This document shows, piece by piece, positions 37,714 to 52,157 of a DNA stretch of 64,000 nt. Position 1 is the first letter of the stretch. Each line of letters starts with the position of its first letter. Source of the DNA: Octopus sinensis (Eukaryota); assembly GCF_006345805.1 (NCBI RefSeq), contig NC_043000.1:103912001-103976000 (forward strand). The letters are read 5' to 3'. Both the position numbers and the translations under genes were made by a program. The notes under the pieces were generated by a model that did not search any database, had not been told where the DNA came from, and saw nothing but the letters and a program-made list of their open reading frames with translations.

Positions 37714-38627
37714 TTGGATCATCACATAAATAATGCATTTTTTTTTTCAATTGCATGAACTAAAAGTCGGAGAGGGATGGAGTAAACTACCTACATCAAC
37801 TTGCTATAAAAGCAGGTAGTAATTTTACTTTGACTTATTCTTAGTGCAAGTTTTGAGGAGTGCAGTTCGATTTTAACAGTTATTTTTTCAAAGCTGCAAT
37901 GGAAGTGGCAAAGGAGCATATTCAACATATTTTGCAATGAGTTCAATAAAGGCAACAATGCAATGGAAAGTGCGAGGAATATTAATGTAGTATATAGGGA
38001 TTGGACATTAAGCATAAGCCAGTGTCAACGTTGGTTCCAGATGTTCCAAGCTGGAAACTACAGCCTAGAAGACAAGCCTCATCTTGGAAGATCTGTAGAG
38101 CTCAACGAGGACATTCTACAAACCCTGGTGGAACAAAATCCCATTGTAACTGTTGAGGAACTAGTAGAGAAGCTTGGATTTGGTCATTCAACCTGTCATT
38201 CAAGTCAGTGCTAGAAGAAAAACGACCATCTTTGGTTTCTAGACAAAAGGTGTTCTTTCATCAGGATAATGCTCAGTGACATACAGTGAAGATGATATTT
38301 CAAAGGCTGGAGGAGTTTGAATGGGAAACGATGCCCCACCCACCATATTCGCTGGACAATTTCCCATCTGATTATCATTTATTCCACAATCTTCAAAATC
38401 ATTTGGACAGAAAAAATATGGATACTGTAGACAAGGTCAGAAGAGTACTTTTTCATCATAGACAAGTGAATTTTGGAAGAGGGGCCTTGTAAGTCTACCA
38501 GATAGATGGAAGAGCATTGTAGAAAATGAAGGAGATTATATTTTAGATTAAAAAAGAACTTTGTTTCTCATAATTTTGAAAAATAAAAGAAGTATAAAAA
38601 ATCTGTATTATTTATGGGATGACTCAA
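37714..38627 (+). mobile_element. Internally deleted mariner element (second family)
   Basis: TA|TTGGATCATCACATAAATAAT ... ATTATTTATGGGATGACTCAA|TA. Remnants QCQRWFQMF, FHQDNA, HPPYSLDNFPSDYHLF. Confidence 0.88.
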
Positions 38628-38760
38628 TATTTCTAATTGCATTATTGATACTCAGTCACTGAATATGTGAATACTAACTTAACTGTAAATGATACTGCTG
38701 ACTCAAAATATTCAACATCAGAGACTAAAATTTTGTCTGTTAGATCTCCACTTGATTTAA

Positions 38761-39050
38761 TCTCTTATTATAAAAGGCAGATTTTATCTGCCTCCCTTTG
38801 GGAGTTATACAAATCTACAATATAGGATTTCTTCAATTACAATTTACCTAGCATTTTTGAGAGTACAATGCATCGCGTCATGCCAGGTCCAGTTTTTAAA
38901 ATTTAAACTCCAATTAAGCAAAATTTACAGAAAACTCACATTCTGGTGTGTGTGTCAAATGCTTTTCTTAGTCTGGTTTACACCACACGCAAACGCACAC
39001 ACACAGTGGGCAACGAATAAAATGAAAGTAAATAGCGACAGAATGATTTG
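38761..39050 (+). mobile_element. Probable Helitron 5' fragment
   Basis: A|TCTCTTATTATAAAAG start resembles the other Helitron 5' ends. No 3' hairpin identified. Confidence 0.35.
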
Positions 39051-39449
39051 AGGAAGACTAAAGTGAAAGTATTCTGTCTATGACGCTGATAGATACATGA
39101 GTAAAATGTATGGGAAGCTCTAAGAGCTAAGAGTGAGTGAAAATGTTCTTGGAAGAGAGTAATTAGTAATAAAGTAAACATACACTCATACATACATACA
39201 TACATACATACATACACACACACATACACACACACATACATACACACACACATACATACATACACACATACATACATACATACATATACATACATACATA
39301 CATATACATACATACATACACACACACATACACACACACACAGTATTGAAGCTTGAGAACAATCAGATACATTTGCAACACATCTGTTGAAAATATTATT
39401 GTTCACACACATACATATACATATATACATACAGACAGACAGACAGATA

Positions 39450-39491
<42 letters not shown>

Positions 39492-39544
39492 ATCCAGCAT
39501 GGCCACAACCTCAAGGCTGAAACATATAAAAGAATAACAGAATA

Positions 39545-39910
39545 TAAATGTGTGCAAAGTACAAGAAATATTAATGCAGTATATGGGGATTGGACAATAA
39601 GCGTAAGGCAGTGTCAATGGTGGTTCCAGAAATCCCGAGCCATAAACTACAGCCTAGAAGACGAGCCTCATCCTGAAAGATCTGTAGAACTCGACAAGGA
39701 CATCCTGAAAACCCTGGTGGAACAAAATATCATCGTAACTGTTGAGGAACTAGCAGAGAAGCTTGGATTTGGTCATTCAACCATTCATTGACACCTGTGT
39801 GCTATCGGAAAAGTCAGCAATTGGGTCAATGGGTTCCTCACGAACTTTCCGAGTCTAATTGCATGCAGAGAGTGAATGTATGCTTTTCTTTGCTGTCATA
39901 TCTCACCACT
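39545..39910 (+). mobile_element. mariner transposase fragment (same family as 37714-38627)
   Basis: Closely similar to 37965-38195 and continues to a WVPHEL motif. Confidence 0.85.
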
Positions 39911-39925
39911 ACTGCGCTATGTATA

Positions 39926-40563
39926 TCTATATATATAAAACTGTAGTTGTGTGAGTGTCTGTCCCCTTCGATTTAGATTCCTAACTACTCCCACATTTTG
40001 CGGTACAGTTTAACCAAATTCGGGTAGCTTATAGTCGTGATTCATATCGAGCCCGTCTGAATATTAGCGCGCGTCTACGATGAGTCTACGATTTTAAAAA
40101 TAATTTAACATCATTTTTTATTCCATTTTAATGCATAATTTTTCGTGTGTCGGTGGCGGCGGAGTTGGCGTCCACGCTCACACCTGCACCTGTGGGGAAG
40201 GGAGTGTAAGGAAATCAACGTCGTAATGCGTTGTCAAGGAGACCAGTGTTCTTTTAGAACAACAACTTCATGGCTTGAAGACACCAAAATAGAAATGGCT
40301 AAGAAAGCGTCTACATGAGTCTACGATTTAAAAAAAAATTTACCATCGTTTTTTTTCCATTTTAATGCATTTTTTCGCTATTATATAAGGGAAGTAACTC
40401 TCTAAAAATGTCTACGATGAGTCAACGATTTAAAAAAAAAATTTACCATCATATTTTTTCCATTTTTAATGCATTTTTTGCTATTTTTTGGCTATAACTC
40501 TCTAAAAATGCTTATATAGTTATTTCCCTTACAAACCCGAGCAACGCCGGGCGATACTGCTAG
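39926..40563 (+). mobile_element. Non-autonomous Helitron with internal tandem duplication
   Basis: A|TCTATATATATAAAA...cccgagcaacgccggg...CTAG|T. Three copies of the gtctacgatgagtctacgattt unit. Confidence 0.87.
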
Positions 40564-42163
40564 TTGTAAATAAATATTACATTGAATATATGGTGGAGTA
40601 GTTTCATTAAACTGGTCGTGGTTGTTGTTGTTTCAACCAGGGTCTGCCTTTTTCCACTAGACTTAAGATCAAAAACATTCCAGCTATGGCTGTTCAGCTT
40701 CATTATAGCTTTAACCCCATACGTTAAAAGAAATAGCTTCTTTTTGATATCATCAACACTTCACACAAGAGTTTTGCATTGTATTAGCCAGGCACTGGCT
40801 TCTTCCAAGTTAAGGTTCAAACATTGTCCAGTGATCATCCTCATCACCAACTGTTATATAAGACTTTCAGAAAAACTTTAAAGAGAGTTATTAAGGTAAA
40901 TTACATAGGTTTCAAATCAAGAGGATTTGTGTCATATAGTTTACAGGTAACACCTTCCTTCATTAGCTGCATGTCAGTCCCTTCTTCCCCTGGATCTCTG
41001 TGCATAAGCACAAGATTTAATTGGGAGTTTGATATTCATTGGATAACATTAAGAATGCATAGCTCAAATTTAATAAGTGGCACAACATTAACATGACAAA
41101 TAATGAAGAACAATTTTAAGATACAAATCAGTAATTTAAGGTAATCATCACAGTGGTCACCTTGTCTTTTTACTTCCTACCCCATGCAGTATAATGTACT
41201 CAAGGTTACAATATTCAATGATGTTCCTAGATTAAGGGACTATGCAGCAGCTTCCTTTCAACTCTACTTGCAGTATCAACTCTCCTCCTATTGGTAAATG
41301 TTCCGTTGTTATTCTTAAACTTGCTTTAAAATAATAACACACACACACACAAGCAGCAGCTTTACAGACTTTAGATAGTATGGTTACATTCTAAAATTGC
41401 CTTATTCTCAATATTAGCCACATAGAAATTTGCATGTATAGGTCGGAATAGAGAACTCAAAGCCCCTCTGTTCTTGTAAGTATACAGATTGCCTGTGAGC
41501 AATGAAAGGTAACAACAGTCATGTAAGCCAGCAGTAGATTTCTTAGTATGTTTCTTGGCATACATACAACATCACTAGACAATTATACACAATCAACCAA
41601 TAGAATACATCAAAAGGACAAAACCTATGTTTTAGAATTTTTAGAAACTTTACTAAAAACTGATAAAGTTGGCAACATTTCCACTATGGTTATAAAAAGA
41701 TTCTTTACCAATGTCCTAATAAAAAAGATAATAAAATTATATAACATAATGTACACAAACATCAAGCAATAGAAACATCTAATATGCTAATGTAACCGTA
41801 TCAGATGTGCCACGTGTGTATGTGTGCGTGCATGCATGCGTGTGTGTGATGTGTACTCTAATTTTAGTAGAAAGAGCATTCATATCCCATAGGCAATATT
41901 GACATTTTTCTGATTTATATATTAGTTATATATATATATATCTAATATATGTAATACCATATTTTGATACTACATGGACCTCAGATCTCTGCAAGTAGGT
42001 TACAGGTATATATAATCTTAGCTACTTAGGTTAGTCTTCAAATCTGAATGGTCAAAGTTGTGAAGTCACTCTGTTGAAGTGGTTAGCACAGTTATTCAGT
42101 TTATAGAAGAGTGACATGAATCTCTTAGGTGATGTTACAACTTTTCTCTAACTTATATATATT

Positions 42164-42200
<37 letters not shown>

Positions 42201-42254
42201 ACGCGCACATACATGTATGTCATATATATGTGCCTGTGTATCATATATATATAC

Positions 42255-43560
42255 AGGCATACCTCACCCTAAGTTGTTAATTGGTTCCAGGAGACACAAC
42301 TTAGGTCAAAAAACGACTTAGGTCGAATTAATTTGTCTCTAGACTAGGCTGAATTTACTTGTATCTAGGCTAGGTTAGGCCGAATTTACTTGTCTCTAGG
42401 CTAAATCAATAATAACCATTCCTGTTCTGTACTTTATTTATCAATGCATTTTCCATAATATATGGTTAATAAAAACCTATTTTAAGCTTACAAACAAATA
42501 CTTTTTATTTTTTAATACAGTAAAAAAAAAAGTAATCTAAATTTATGAATACAATTTGGCAATGTTTACCATACATCACAGACACTTTATTTATGAATAT
42601 GGTTTGCAGTAAGGCATGGTAAAATAAAAGCCTTTTTTAAGCTTAAAAAACAAATTTTTATTATTTCAAATAGTAAAAAAAAAAATTATTTAAAATTTAC
42701 CAATACATACATACAATTTGGTGGTTTACATCGCAGATGTAGATGGCTGTGGATCATCAACATCAACAGCTGATTCTGGCTGTTCTTGTTCAATGTGCTT
42801 AAAAAACTGGTTGAAAGTTCTTTGAACTTTCATTTTCTTTTCCTTAAGGATTACATTATAAGGAGCAAAAACTTTGTGACAAGCTCTCATAATCTTGGAA
42901 AAGCGTTGAGCATTTGAATCCATATCCTCGAACATAGACTTTTTTTGATATATGCAAATGCTTGCTGCATTTTCTTAATGATAAAGTGACATGGCTCATG
43001 TTTGACTTTCTCTTTTTCTTCATTTTGCTGCTTGTGAAGTTCTATTAAATCCTTATTCATCAGGGGAAACTCTTTTACTCTTTTACTTGTTTCAGTCCTT
43101 TGACTGTGGCCATGCTGGAGCACCGCCTTTAGTCGAGCAAGTTGACCCCAGGACTTATTCTTTGTAAGCCTAGTACTTATTCTATCGGTCTCTGAACCAC
43201 TAAGTTATGGGGACGTAAACACACCAGCATCGGTTGTCAAACGATGTTGGGGGGACAAACACAGACACACAAACATATATATATACATATGCATATATAC
43301 GATGGGCTTCTTTCAGTTTCCGTCTACCAAATCTACTCACAAGGCTTTGGTCGGCCCGAAGCTATAGCAGAAGACACTTGCCCAAGGTGCCACGCAGTGG
43401 GATTGAACCCCTTTTTCAAATAAATCTGTGAAGTCCCCCTCCTTCAAATCCTTTTCCAGTTCTTTGCTTTTAGTCACCAACATTTTGTTGATGGCAACAT
43501 TATCAAACCCCTTAAAATCATTCACAAATTGTAGGCATTGCTTCTTCCATACACCATTTT
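42255..43560 (-). mobile_element. Tigger/pogo transposon 3' part, interrupted by a SINE
   Basis: TA|CAGGCATACCTC end. Translation GVWKKQCLQFVNDFKGF...[SINE]...LMNKDLIEL...FEDMDSNAQRFSKI...KEKKMKVQRTFNQFFK...PQPSTS is a typical Tigger C-terminus. Confidence 0.8.
43069..43410 (-). mobile_element. 5'-truncated SINE family A
   Basis: Matches the family A body and tail. Confidence 0.88.
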
Positions 43561-43584
43561 TCTGAGTAGCAAAGTAAAACTTAC

Positions 43585-43640
43585 CTTATCAGCTTTTAAA
43601 ACTTCTGCTTTTGAAAATGTTATCACTTCAAAGTATTTCC
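43585..43640 (-). CDS. CULT-domain protein exon: (G)KYFEVITFSKAEVLKADK
   Basis: Acceptor ttttctcttaag, donor gtaagt, 56 bp, phase 1 in and phase 0 out. Completes the NPxGxxFEVIT motif. Confidence 0.88.
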
Positions 43641-44310
43641 CTTAAGAGAAAAGTCATAAAAGAAAATGAAAAAATAAGGTAAAATGTAAAAAATCCATTG
43701 TTTAAATTGTTAAAAAAATGAAAATGGCAGAAATTTTAGCGGGGCTTATCCCTTGGTTCCATTCTCATAATTGCTTCGCTAATCTGGTAACAACAATGCA
43801 AAGTATGTAGCCCTTAAAATGGTTTTTTGTGCATTTATTGAGAATACTGCACTGTCTTACACAGGATCTTGTTTTTAGGAATTCCCAATAAGTTATGAAT
43901 ACCCAATTTCATGTAATAACATGAAATTAATTACCTGATAGTAAGAATTGAAATAATACGTTCCCAGACTATATAGAACTTAGGAGAAAATACTAATAAG
44001 GTATGTATATTAAAATCATGAAGCATGTTATGTAAATAACAGGCTAATCATATATAAGATAATAATAATTCGAAGTAAATAACTCTGAAAAAAAGCTTTC
44101 ATGCATTCGCAGAGAATATTATCCTCAGTAGCACTAGTGTTGATATATTTGTGAATAAGTCATTAACTGAAATAAGTGGATCTATTGTTTAGGAAAATAC
44201 TATTTATTTTTTAAGCGTTATACTGGATAAATTGTGAAAATAACTCAAATAGTTCAAATACTAAGAAATAAGTATACTCAATTTGATTTAAATGAAATAA
44301 TTTACGAACA

Positions 44311-44389
44311 TGAATGGGTTATTTCCCTTAGCTATATATATATATATAAAAGGATCCCTTTCAGGAGTGAATGGGTTATTTCCCTTAGC

Positions 44390-44420
<31 letters not shown>

Positions 44421-44454
44421 ATCCCTTTCAGGAGTGAATGGGTTATTTCCCTTG
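44311..44454. repeat. Tandem repeat of ~60 bp, about 2.4 copies, with a variable (TA)n core
   Basis: Unit tgaatgggttatttcccttagc(ta)n-aaggatccctttcaggag. Confidence 0.9.
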
Positions 44455-44676
44455 GATGTTTAAAAATAATATATTAGTTATATGTAGTAGATATAAGAAT
44501 TCCTTCCAGGGGCCCTATTATAGATTTTTTTTTCAACAGTCTATGTCACTAGTTTTCCAGACATGAGTTCTACTCACATGTCAAGTTTCATCAAAATCGA
44601 TAAAACAATGTAGGAGGAGTTAGATAACAACATCACAAACAAACACACCCACAGATTTCCACATATGTAGTAGATA

Positions 44677-46465
44677 TCATCATCATCATTTGATGTCTGC
44701 CTTTCATGCTAACATAGGTGGGATAGTTTCACAAGAGCCGGCCAAGTAGAAGCCTGCACCAGACTTCTGTGACTGTTTTGGTAGGATTTTTACAGTTGGA
44801 TGCCCTTCCTAACACTAGCCACCCACAGAGTGAGCTTAGTGATTTTTATGTGGCACAAGCACAAGCACAGTTTTGGCAAGGTTTTTACAGCTGGATGCCC
44901 ATCTGAACACAAACCACTATACAATGCAGACTGAGTGCTTTTAAGTGGCACCTGCACTAACAGTGTCACCAAGTACTTGCAAGACAAAAAGAAAACTTTC
45001 AAGAGGAGAGGGGGCATTGAGGATTAAATTTTATAATGAGACCGAGAGACAGAAACAGGTATCCTGCTGTAGAGGAAATACAAAGTTACTTGGCTGGAGC
45101 GAGAGATCAGGAATGAAGACAGAAACAAGTACGCTACTGCATAGGAGATGAATGGCTACTAAACCTAAGATAAGTGCAGGAGAAGGAGAGAGAGAGAGTG
45201 GGAGACAACAGGATAGAGATGGTGGCAAAATGCCAGGCATACTCATAAGGAACAGGGACCAGAATATAAATGGGATGGTTGAATAAAGGAAGAGAGAGAT
45301 ATAGATGGTGGCAAGTGCCAGAGCATGCCCTTGAGGTTTGAACGCTATAATGTAAGTGGCAGGATATTGTGAATGAAGCGTGATTAAAGAGTGGGAATAA
45401 GTGGCAAAATACTTGGGTATATATAGAGTTTGGGGGCTACTGGATAGCAATGATACAGAGGAACAAGGCCATGAGGACAGGATTTGGGAGTGAGAGCTAG
45501 GCATAGTGTATGAAGGAGGAAATGTGAGAAAGAGAAGAGATGTGGAGATGTAGATTGGGTTTTTGGAGTAGGGTGACTGAAAAGTTTTCTTGTTATGTGT
45601 GGGTGGGACACACAAGTCTGAGACTAGCAGATAGCGATAATACAGTGAGACAGGGCATGTGGGTAGAACGCGCAGGTCATGGGCAAGCGGAGAGCAATGA
45701 TTCAGTGGCACAGGGCCAAGAGGATAAGATTGGGGAGTGGGAGATAAGCATAGTACATGAAGCTGAAATGTGAGGAAGAGATGTAGAGAATAGTTTGGTT
45801 TGTTGTGGTAGAGTGTGTGAAAAGTTTTCTTAAGTGTGGGTGGGACACACAGCACTTCTAGAACTCGGTTTTACTGACATGGTTAGGTCTTCTCAAGAAA
45901 TTCATATCATCAGACCTCTCACAGTTCATTGTCATTTCCTCCATGAGGCCCAACTTCCTCAGATTGGTCCTTACTTCATCCAACATCTTCCTGGGTCACC
46001 CTCTTCTGCAGGTGCCATCCACTTTCAGTGATCAGTACTTCTTTATGCAGCTGTCTTCATTCATATGCATCACATGTCCAAACCAACAGTCTTCTCTCTT
46101 GCATGCTACATATGATTCCTCTTATGCCCAACTTTTCTCTCAATACATTTGCACTTTGCCATACATGTGCACTGATGTTGCACATCCAGTGGAGCATACT
46201 ACTTTCGTTTCTCTCCAGTCTATGCATGTCTTCTGCATTCAGAGCTCATGTCTCACTACCATGGAGTATAGCCATTCGCACACAAGTAACACATAGTCTA
46301 CCTTTCACTCTGAGAGAGAAAGTCCTTTTGTTGCTAACAGAAGCAATAGCTCTCTGAACTTCCTCCACCCAATTCTTATTCTAGAAACAATATTTTCAGA
46401 GCATCCTCTACCATTGCTAATTTGGTCACCTAGGTAACAGAAACTATCTACAACCTCAAGAGAGC
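44677..46465 (-). mobile_element. Decayed RTE LINE 3' portion with a long 3' UTR
   Basis: (GAT)n tail at the left end and the shared 3' module. ORF remnants (DSFCYLGDQISNGRGCSE, RIRIGWRKF) at 45900-46460. Confidence 0.75.
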
Positions 46466-46510
<45 letters not shown>

Positions 46511-47087
46511 GAATGTGTGTATGTACGCGTGTATCTTTGTGTTTGTCTACACCCATCCCTTCTGCTTGACAGCCCTGTAACTTTGCCAAAAGAGATCAAC
46601 AAGAATAAGTACCAGACTTTAAAATATGTACAAGGGTCAATTTGTTTAACTAAACACTTTAAACTGCTGCCCCAGCATGACTTCAGTCCAGTGACTGAAA
46701 CAACTGAAGGATAAATATTTATCTAAAACTACATTACTCCTCATGTCTTTCTTTCTTGAAATGGTAGGATATAAAGGGAGGGAGATATTGTTGCTACTTT
46801 TGGCAGATCAAAATGTATTTTACCCATATGCTGGATTATTGACCACATGCATATATATCTAAAACAAAGCATATATATCTTTGAGTGTGTGCATGCATGT
46901 GTCTAGTTAAGAAGTCTGCTTCACAACCACATTGTGAAGTGCAGCACTTTCAGCAAGCAACTTCTGTTATAAACTCAGGCTGACCAATGCCTTGTGAGTG
47001 GAATTTGATAGAATGAAATTGTAGAAGACCATCATTTGCCATTGTGTGTGTGTGTGTGTGTGTGTGAGTGTGTAATAATAATGGAAG

Positions 47088-47380
47088 TCACTCAAGCTGG
47101 AGAAAAACGGTTCTGCAACTTCTTACTGAACAACATGCACAGACAATTTGTTTATAATGATCAACTGTTTGTGCTACACATAAGCTCAACTGCTCGATCA
47201 AATTGATATTGCCTGTACAGGTACACAGTGTGCCACATGTCAGATGTTGAAGTGATTGTAGTGCAACATGAGATGGAACGTTTTGCTCAATAACACAGTG
47301 TACCACCTGATCTGAGAATTGAACTCAAACTTCAAGATCACAAGTGCAACACCCTAACCACTGGGCTACATGTCCTCACT
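47088..47380 (-). mobile_element. Old tRNA-derived SINE
   Basis: Minus-strand head gtagcccagtggttagggtg...gagttcaattc with A/B-box-like motifs. Confidence 0.6.
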
Positions 47381-49684
47381 GATGTGTGTGTGTGCGTATG
47401 TAAATGTGCATTTGCATATATGGTGGTTGAATAGAGAATTGAGTTGTGTTTATGTCAAAAGGTAACTCATTGGCCCAGCAGCCATGTTGTTGTTGTTTTT
47501 CCTTTCTCAAGCCATGCTTGGTTCATAAGGGCTGGTTTCCCAGTTTCATTGACATATAGGTTCCCCACCTGGATGGGATGCTGGTCCGTCATAGGTATCA
47601 GCCCTGCTGTGGTAAAATCAATAAATAAAGATCAATAAAATATGTACCAGGCTGAGATAAGTATTGGAATAATAAGTATTGAAATAATAAGATTGACTAA
47701 AAATATTGAAGGTGGTACCCCATCATGGTTATAGTCCAATGACCGCAACTAGTGAAAGAATAAAAGAAATTTTAAGTACATATGCATTTCCTACTATTCC
47801 ATAATTTACTTTTTTAAAAAAATATATTAATTAGATGCAATTTAAAAACAATAGATCAAAAGATAAAAATAGAATTTGAATAACAGTTGATCATTTCTAT
47901 CATGTATTCTAAATCAGGATATATTAACAGAATATTAATACCTTTCTGGATCAGTCACTATTATTTTCTACTTTGTTTATTCATTTCTGAAATTTGATTT
48001 GATTAGTAAACCACCAAATTACTTCAGATTGAACAACACTTCATTAAATACTTCAATTCCTTGTGATTATCAATTCTACTGCTAAATGATTGGAGCAGAA
48101 AATACTTCAGTACCTTATCCAGGACACAGGACAAAAGAATCACTGTTCTATGTTCTAGATATGTATAAAGAAGAAGATTATTCGCTATTTTCTTTGTGCT
48201 TTCCCTCCTATCACTTGTCTGCAAAGATCTAGAATGAACATCAACTGAACCAATCTTTCAAAGAAATTTTTATATCCTGCTCCATAAAGACTAGAAAATG
48301 TTAGGAGTTAAAGAAACACCTCAGCAAACTAATGAATAGACATTTGCTTTACTTGCTTGGAAAGCTATGAATTCTCCTTCAAATCATACTACCATCTTAA
48401 TAATGGAAAATATATATTGGATAATGTAGTTCTGGATATACTATGTCCTCACCCAATGCCAAAGAGAAAAAGATGTCTGAAAAAAGACAATAAGACTACC
48501 TTTAATCATAGGTTTGCATGATCATAACTTTTTTTTTTGTTAATGACTTAGAGGAAGAACAATGACCACAGCCCTTTTTAGGGTCTCAAAGACTGGTGGC
48601 AAAAAAGGAACTTATCTTAAGACTCTAGCTCAAATGTTTACAACAGAGTACACTGCTGGAGATACACAAGGAGGGATGAAACTGAATAAGATAAAATCTA
48701 CCATCCAACAGGAATGGCCCTCTTTAACAGGTTCTCACAGTTTCTATCTATTAAATTTTACTCACAAGGTATTGAGTCAACTTGAGGCTATCTGAATGCC
48801 TTATCCAACTGACTATTAAGTGACCTACAATGTTCAAAATAAAATTTATAAATGCATCTCTCATTGAAAAATCTCACCAGTGCAAACATAATGGATGCAG
48901 AGTGTCCAACTGAAATAATCTCAAGGGACCATAGTTAATTAGATATTGACCTGCTATTGCAGCTGATATAATTGATTTGTGTTTTTAATGCTGTTGATAT
49001 TATTGCATTTTAAAATTTCCCAAACCATATTACTTATCTTCTCAGACAACAGAAGCCATCGCTATTAATCTTTGCAATACTGCTAGTAATGTAAAGGTTT
49101 CATCTTTCTACTAGAATTGAACATTTTCAGCAAAATAAAACTGGATGGAAAATGATGAAAATTGATCTTTACTTTACCAGCTAAAATTAGAAGTCAATGG
49201 GCTTGCATTTTAGATGTTGATTTAAGATATTAGAATTGGTAGAGCATCTGATGAAATATATTGTAATATTTGATCATTCCTCTTTACATACTAAGTTCAA
49301 ATGTTCAGATTCTGCCAGGTCAACAATGCCTTTCATCTTGCATGATAGTACTGTCAGACGTGGCATATAGGTCATCATATAACTTGTTTTATTTTCTTTA
49401 CTATTTTATTTCGAAATGAATATTGTGTTTTTGTTCTCTTCCATTTTACGAATTCAGTGTGCACATGTGCAGTGCATGTTCATACTTCTCTTTCCGGTTC
49501 CTACAAACTGTTTATAGATCACAACCATCACATGAACGTGCATTCATGAGGAAAGCTTTGCACTCCAATAGTTGTGAAATAAAATAAAGTACTAGTCAAG
49601 CACTGAGGTTGAGATGTAATTCACTCTGCATACAACATTTGTGGCCTTGTGCTTGTGTTAGAATACAATATTTTATGAAGGTGA

Positions 49685-50487
49685 TCATCATCATCATTTA
49701 ACATCCGTTTTCCATGCTAGCATGGGTTGGATTGTTCGACTGGGGTCTGGGAAGTCAGGTGGCTGCACCAGGCTCCAGTCTGATCTGGCAGTGTTTCTAC
49801 AGCTGAATGCCCTTCCTAACGCCAACCACTCCATGAGTGTAGTGAGTGCTTTTTATGTGCCACCAGCACAGGTGCCAGGGGAGGCTGGCAATGGCCACGG
49901 TTGGTTGGTACATTTTACGTGCCACCAGCATGGAAGCCAGTCAAGGTGGCGCTGGCATCGGCCACGTTCGGATGGTGCTTTTTACGTGCCACTGGCACAG
50001 GTATCACAACTACAATTTCCATTTGACTTTTATTTTGATGTTAATGTACTTGGCTCAGTAGGTCTCCTCAAGCACAGCAGGTCACCCTACAATCCAAGGT
50101 AAGCACAGCAGGCCGTCCTGCAATCCAAGGTACTTTGGATGGGCTGGGGCTGCTATGTGAAGCTGGTGCAGGAAATAGCCATGAACTCACGTTATTTATG
50201 CAGTCACAGCATATCTCCAGATATCTCGGTCTTTCGTCATTGCCTCTGTGAGGCCCAACGTTTGAAGGTTATGCTTGACCACCTCATTCCATGTCTTCCT
50301 GGGTCTACCTCTATCCTGGATTCCTTCAACTGTTTGGGAGTGGCACTTCTTCACACATCTCTCCTCATCCATCCGTAGTACATAACCATACCAGCGCAAA
50401 CGTCTCTCTTGCACACCACATCCAATGCTTCTTATATCCAGCATTTCTCTCAGGGTGCTTACACTCTGTCATGTGTACACACTGACA
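49685..50487 (-). mobile_element. RTE LINE 3' end
   Basis: ORF VQERRLRWYGYVLRM...RGRPRKTWNEVVK...DRDIWR, then 3' UTR and (GAT)n tail. Confidence 0.88.
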
Positions 50488-51768
50488 TATATAAATGTAC
50501 ATACACACATATATACACACACTAGCACTATGACCCAGTGTTGCCAGGTCTAGTGTTGGTGCTTGTTGTTCATTGCTGGGTTGCAGTAAAAATTTCTCAC
50601 TAAATCAAAAGCTAAGTTTCTTATCACATTTCAGCCCAGGCCAGTTTTGTTGTTTATGAGCTAGTTGGAGCTTTTTATGAGAGTAATTAATATTCATTGG
50701 ACTTTGGCAATGCCCATATGCCCATAACTTATGGACATAAGGGGTCGGTTTATTGATTTTTCTAATGGCTTTTTGGGGCGACTGGGGAAATGAAAAGATC
50801 TTCATGACCACCCTCAGACAGTTTTGAAAGCCCGATAGAAAAATATGCATCAAGCAACAATAATACAAGAATAGTTCTATAACTATATAGTCACTTAATT
50901 CAGGATCAGACCAACTGAAAAGTTGGTTCACAGTGATGAAAAAATGATTACCGGAGAGTGATGTTTCTGATTGAGAGAGAGAGGGGGAGAAGGGATGAGA
51001 CAGTAAATATAATAAAAAATAAGTACAGAGAGAAAAGAGACGCTTGTAATGAATAGAATGAGGGATGACAAGGTTGTATGTGTTGGAGAGCGTTTAAAGG
51101 GAGGATATAATTGAGAAAGTGTATTTGAAAAATGGTGGATGAAGGGGATAAATAATCACGAGAAAGGGGAGATAACTATGAGATGTTTAATAAGGAAACT
51201 GACAATTTGAGAGCTGAAATGGAAGGTGACAAATTTGAAAAGTGAGGGAGAAGATGGGAGTCAGAAGAAATATATATATATATAAACACACACACACACA
51301 CACAGATACATAAAAGATTGCCAAACTGCAAAATTGCTATTGTTATATAATCACCATTTTAAGCATATCTCTGACTTAAAATTAAGGATAAATGAATATG
51401 TTCCCATGAGATAAGTCTGTGAGACATTTTCATTTTATTTCTTATGTTAATACAGTAATCACTCGCCATATTACAGTTCACCTATCATACTTTCAGTACA
51501 TCACTGATTTTTTCTGGCTAGTATATGTAAATTTATATTGTGGACTCTTCAGTATATCGCAGGTTTCTATGGCCGATAGGTATTATATTTTTTTAGATTT
51601 TAATTATTTCTGTGATAAAATAAGCATTTTTACACCTAAAAGTTTATGAATAAAAAATACAGTACAGTGCTGCACAGTATAACACATTAATTAAAATATA
51701 TTAAAAGAAAATATGTAGTGTGCTGTAGATGAGTAAACAAAGAATCGCACATACTGTATGGAAAACAA

Positions 51769-52157
51769 GTGGAGGCGCAATGGCCCAGTGGTTAGGGCAG
51801 CGGACTCGCGGTCATAGGATCGCGGTTTCGATTCCCAGACCGGGCGTTGTGAGTGTTTATTGAGTGAAAACACCTAAAAGCTACACGAGGCTCCGGCAGT
51901 GGATGGTGGTGATCCCTACTGTACTCTTTCACCACAACTTTCTCTCACTCCTACTTCCTGTTTCTGTTGTACCTGTATTTCAAGGGGCCGGCCTTGTCAC
52001 TCTCTGTATCACGCTGAATATCCCCGAGAACTACGTTAAGGGTGCACGTGTCTGTGGAGTGCTCAGCCACTTACACGTTAATTTTACGAGCAGGCTGTTC
52101 CGTTGATTCGGATCACTGGAACCCTCATCGTCGTAACCGACAGAGTGCTTCCATCCC
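51769..52157 (+). mobile_element. Young tRNA(Arg)-like SINE (family C)
   Basis: A box tggcccagtgg, B-box-like ggtttcgattccc, CpGs retained. 11-bp TSD atggaaaacaa (51758-51768 and 52158-52168). Confidence 0.88.

Noticed and set aside
45031-45855. 274-aa minus-strand ORF
   Set aside because: Low-complexity translation of an RTE 3' UTR with internal repeats and no domain motifs.
51771-51845. tRNA-Arg gene
   Set aside because: No convincing acceptor stem or oligo-T terminator. It continues into a SINE body bounded by a TSD.
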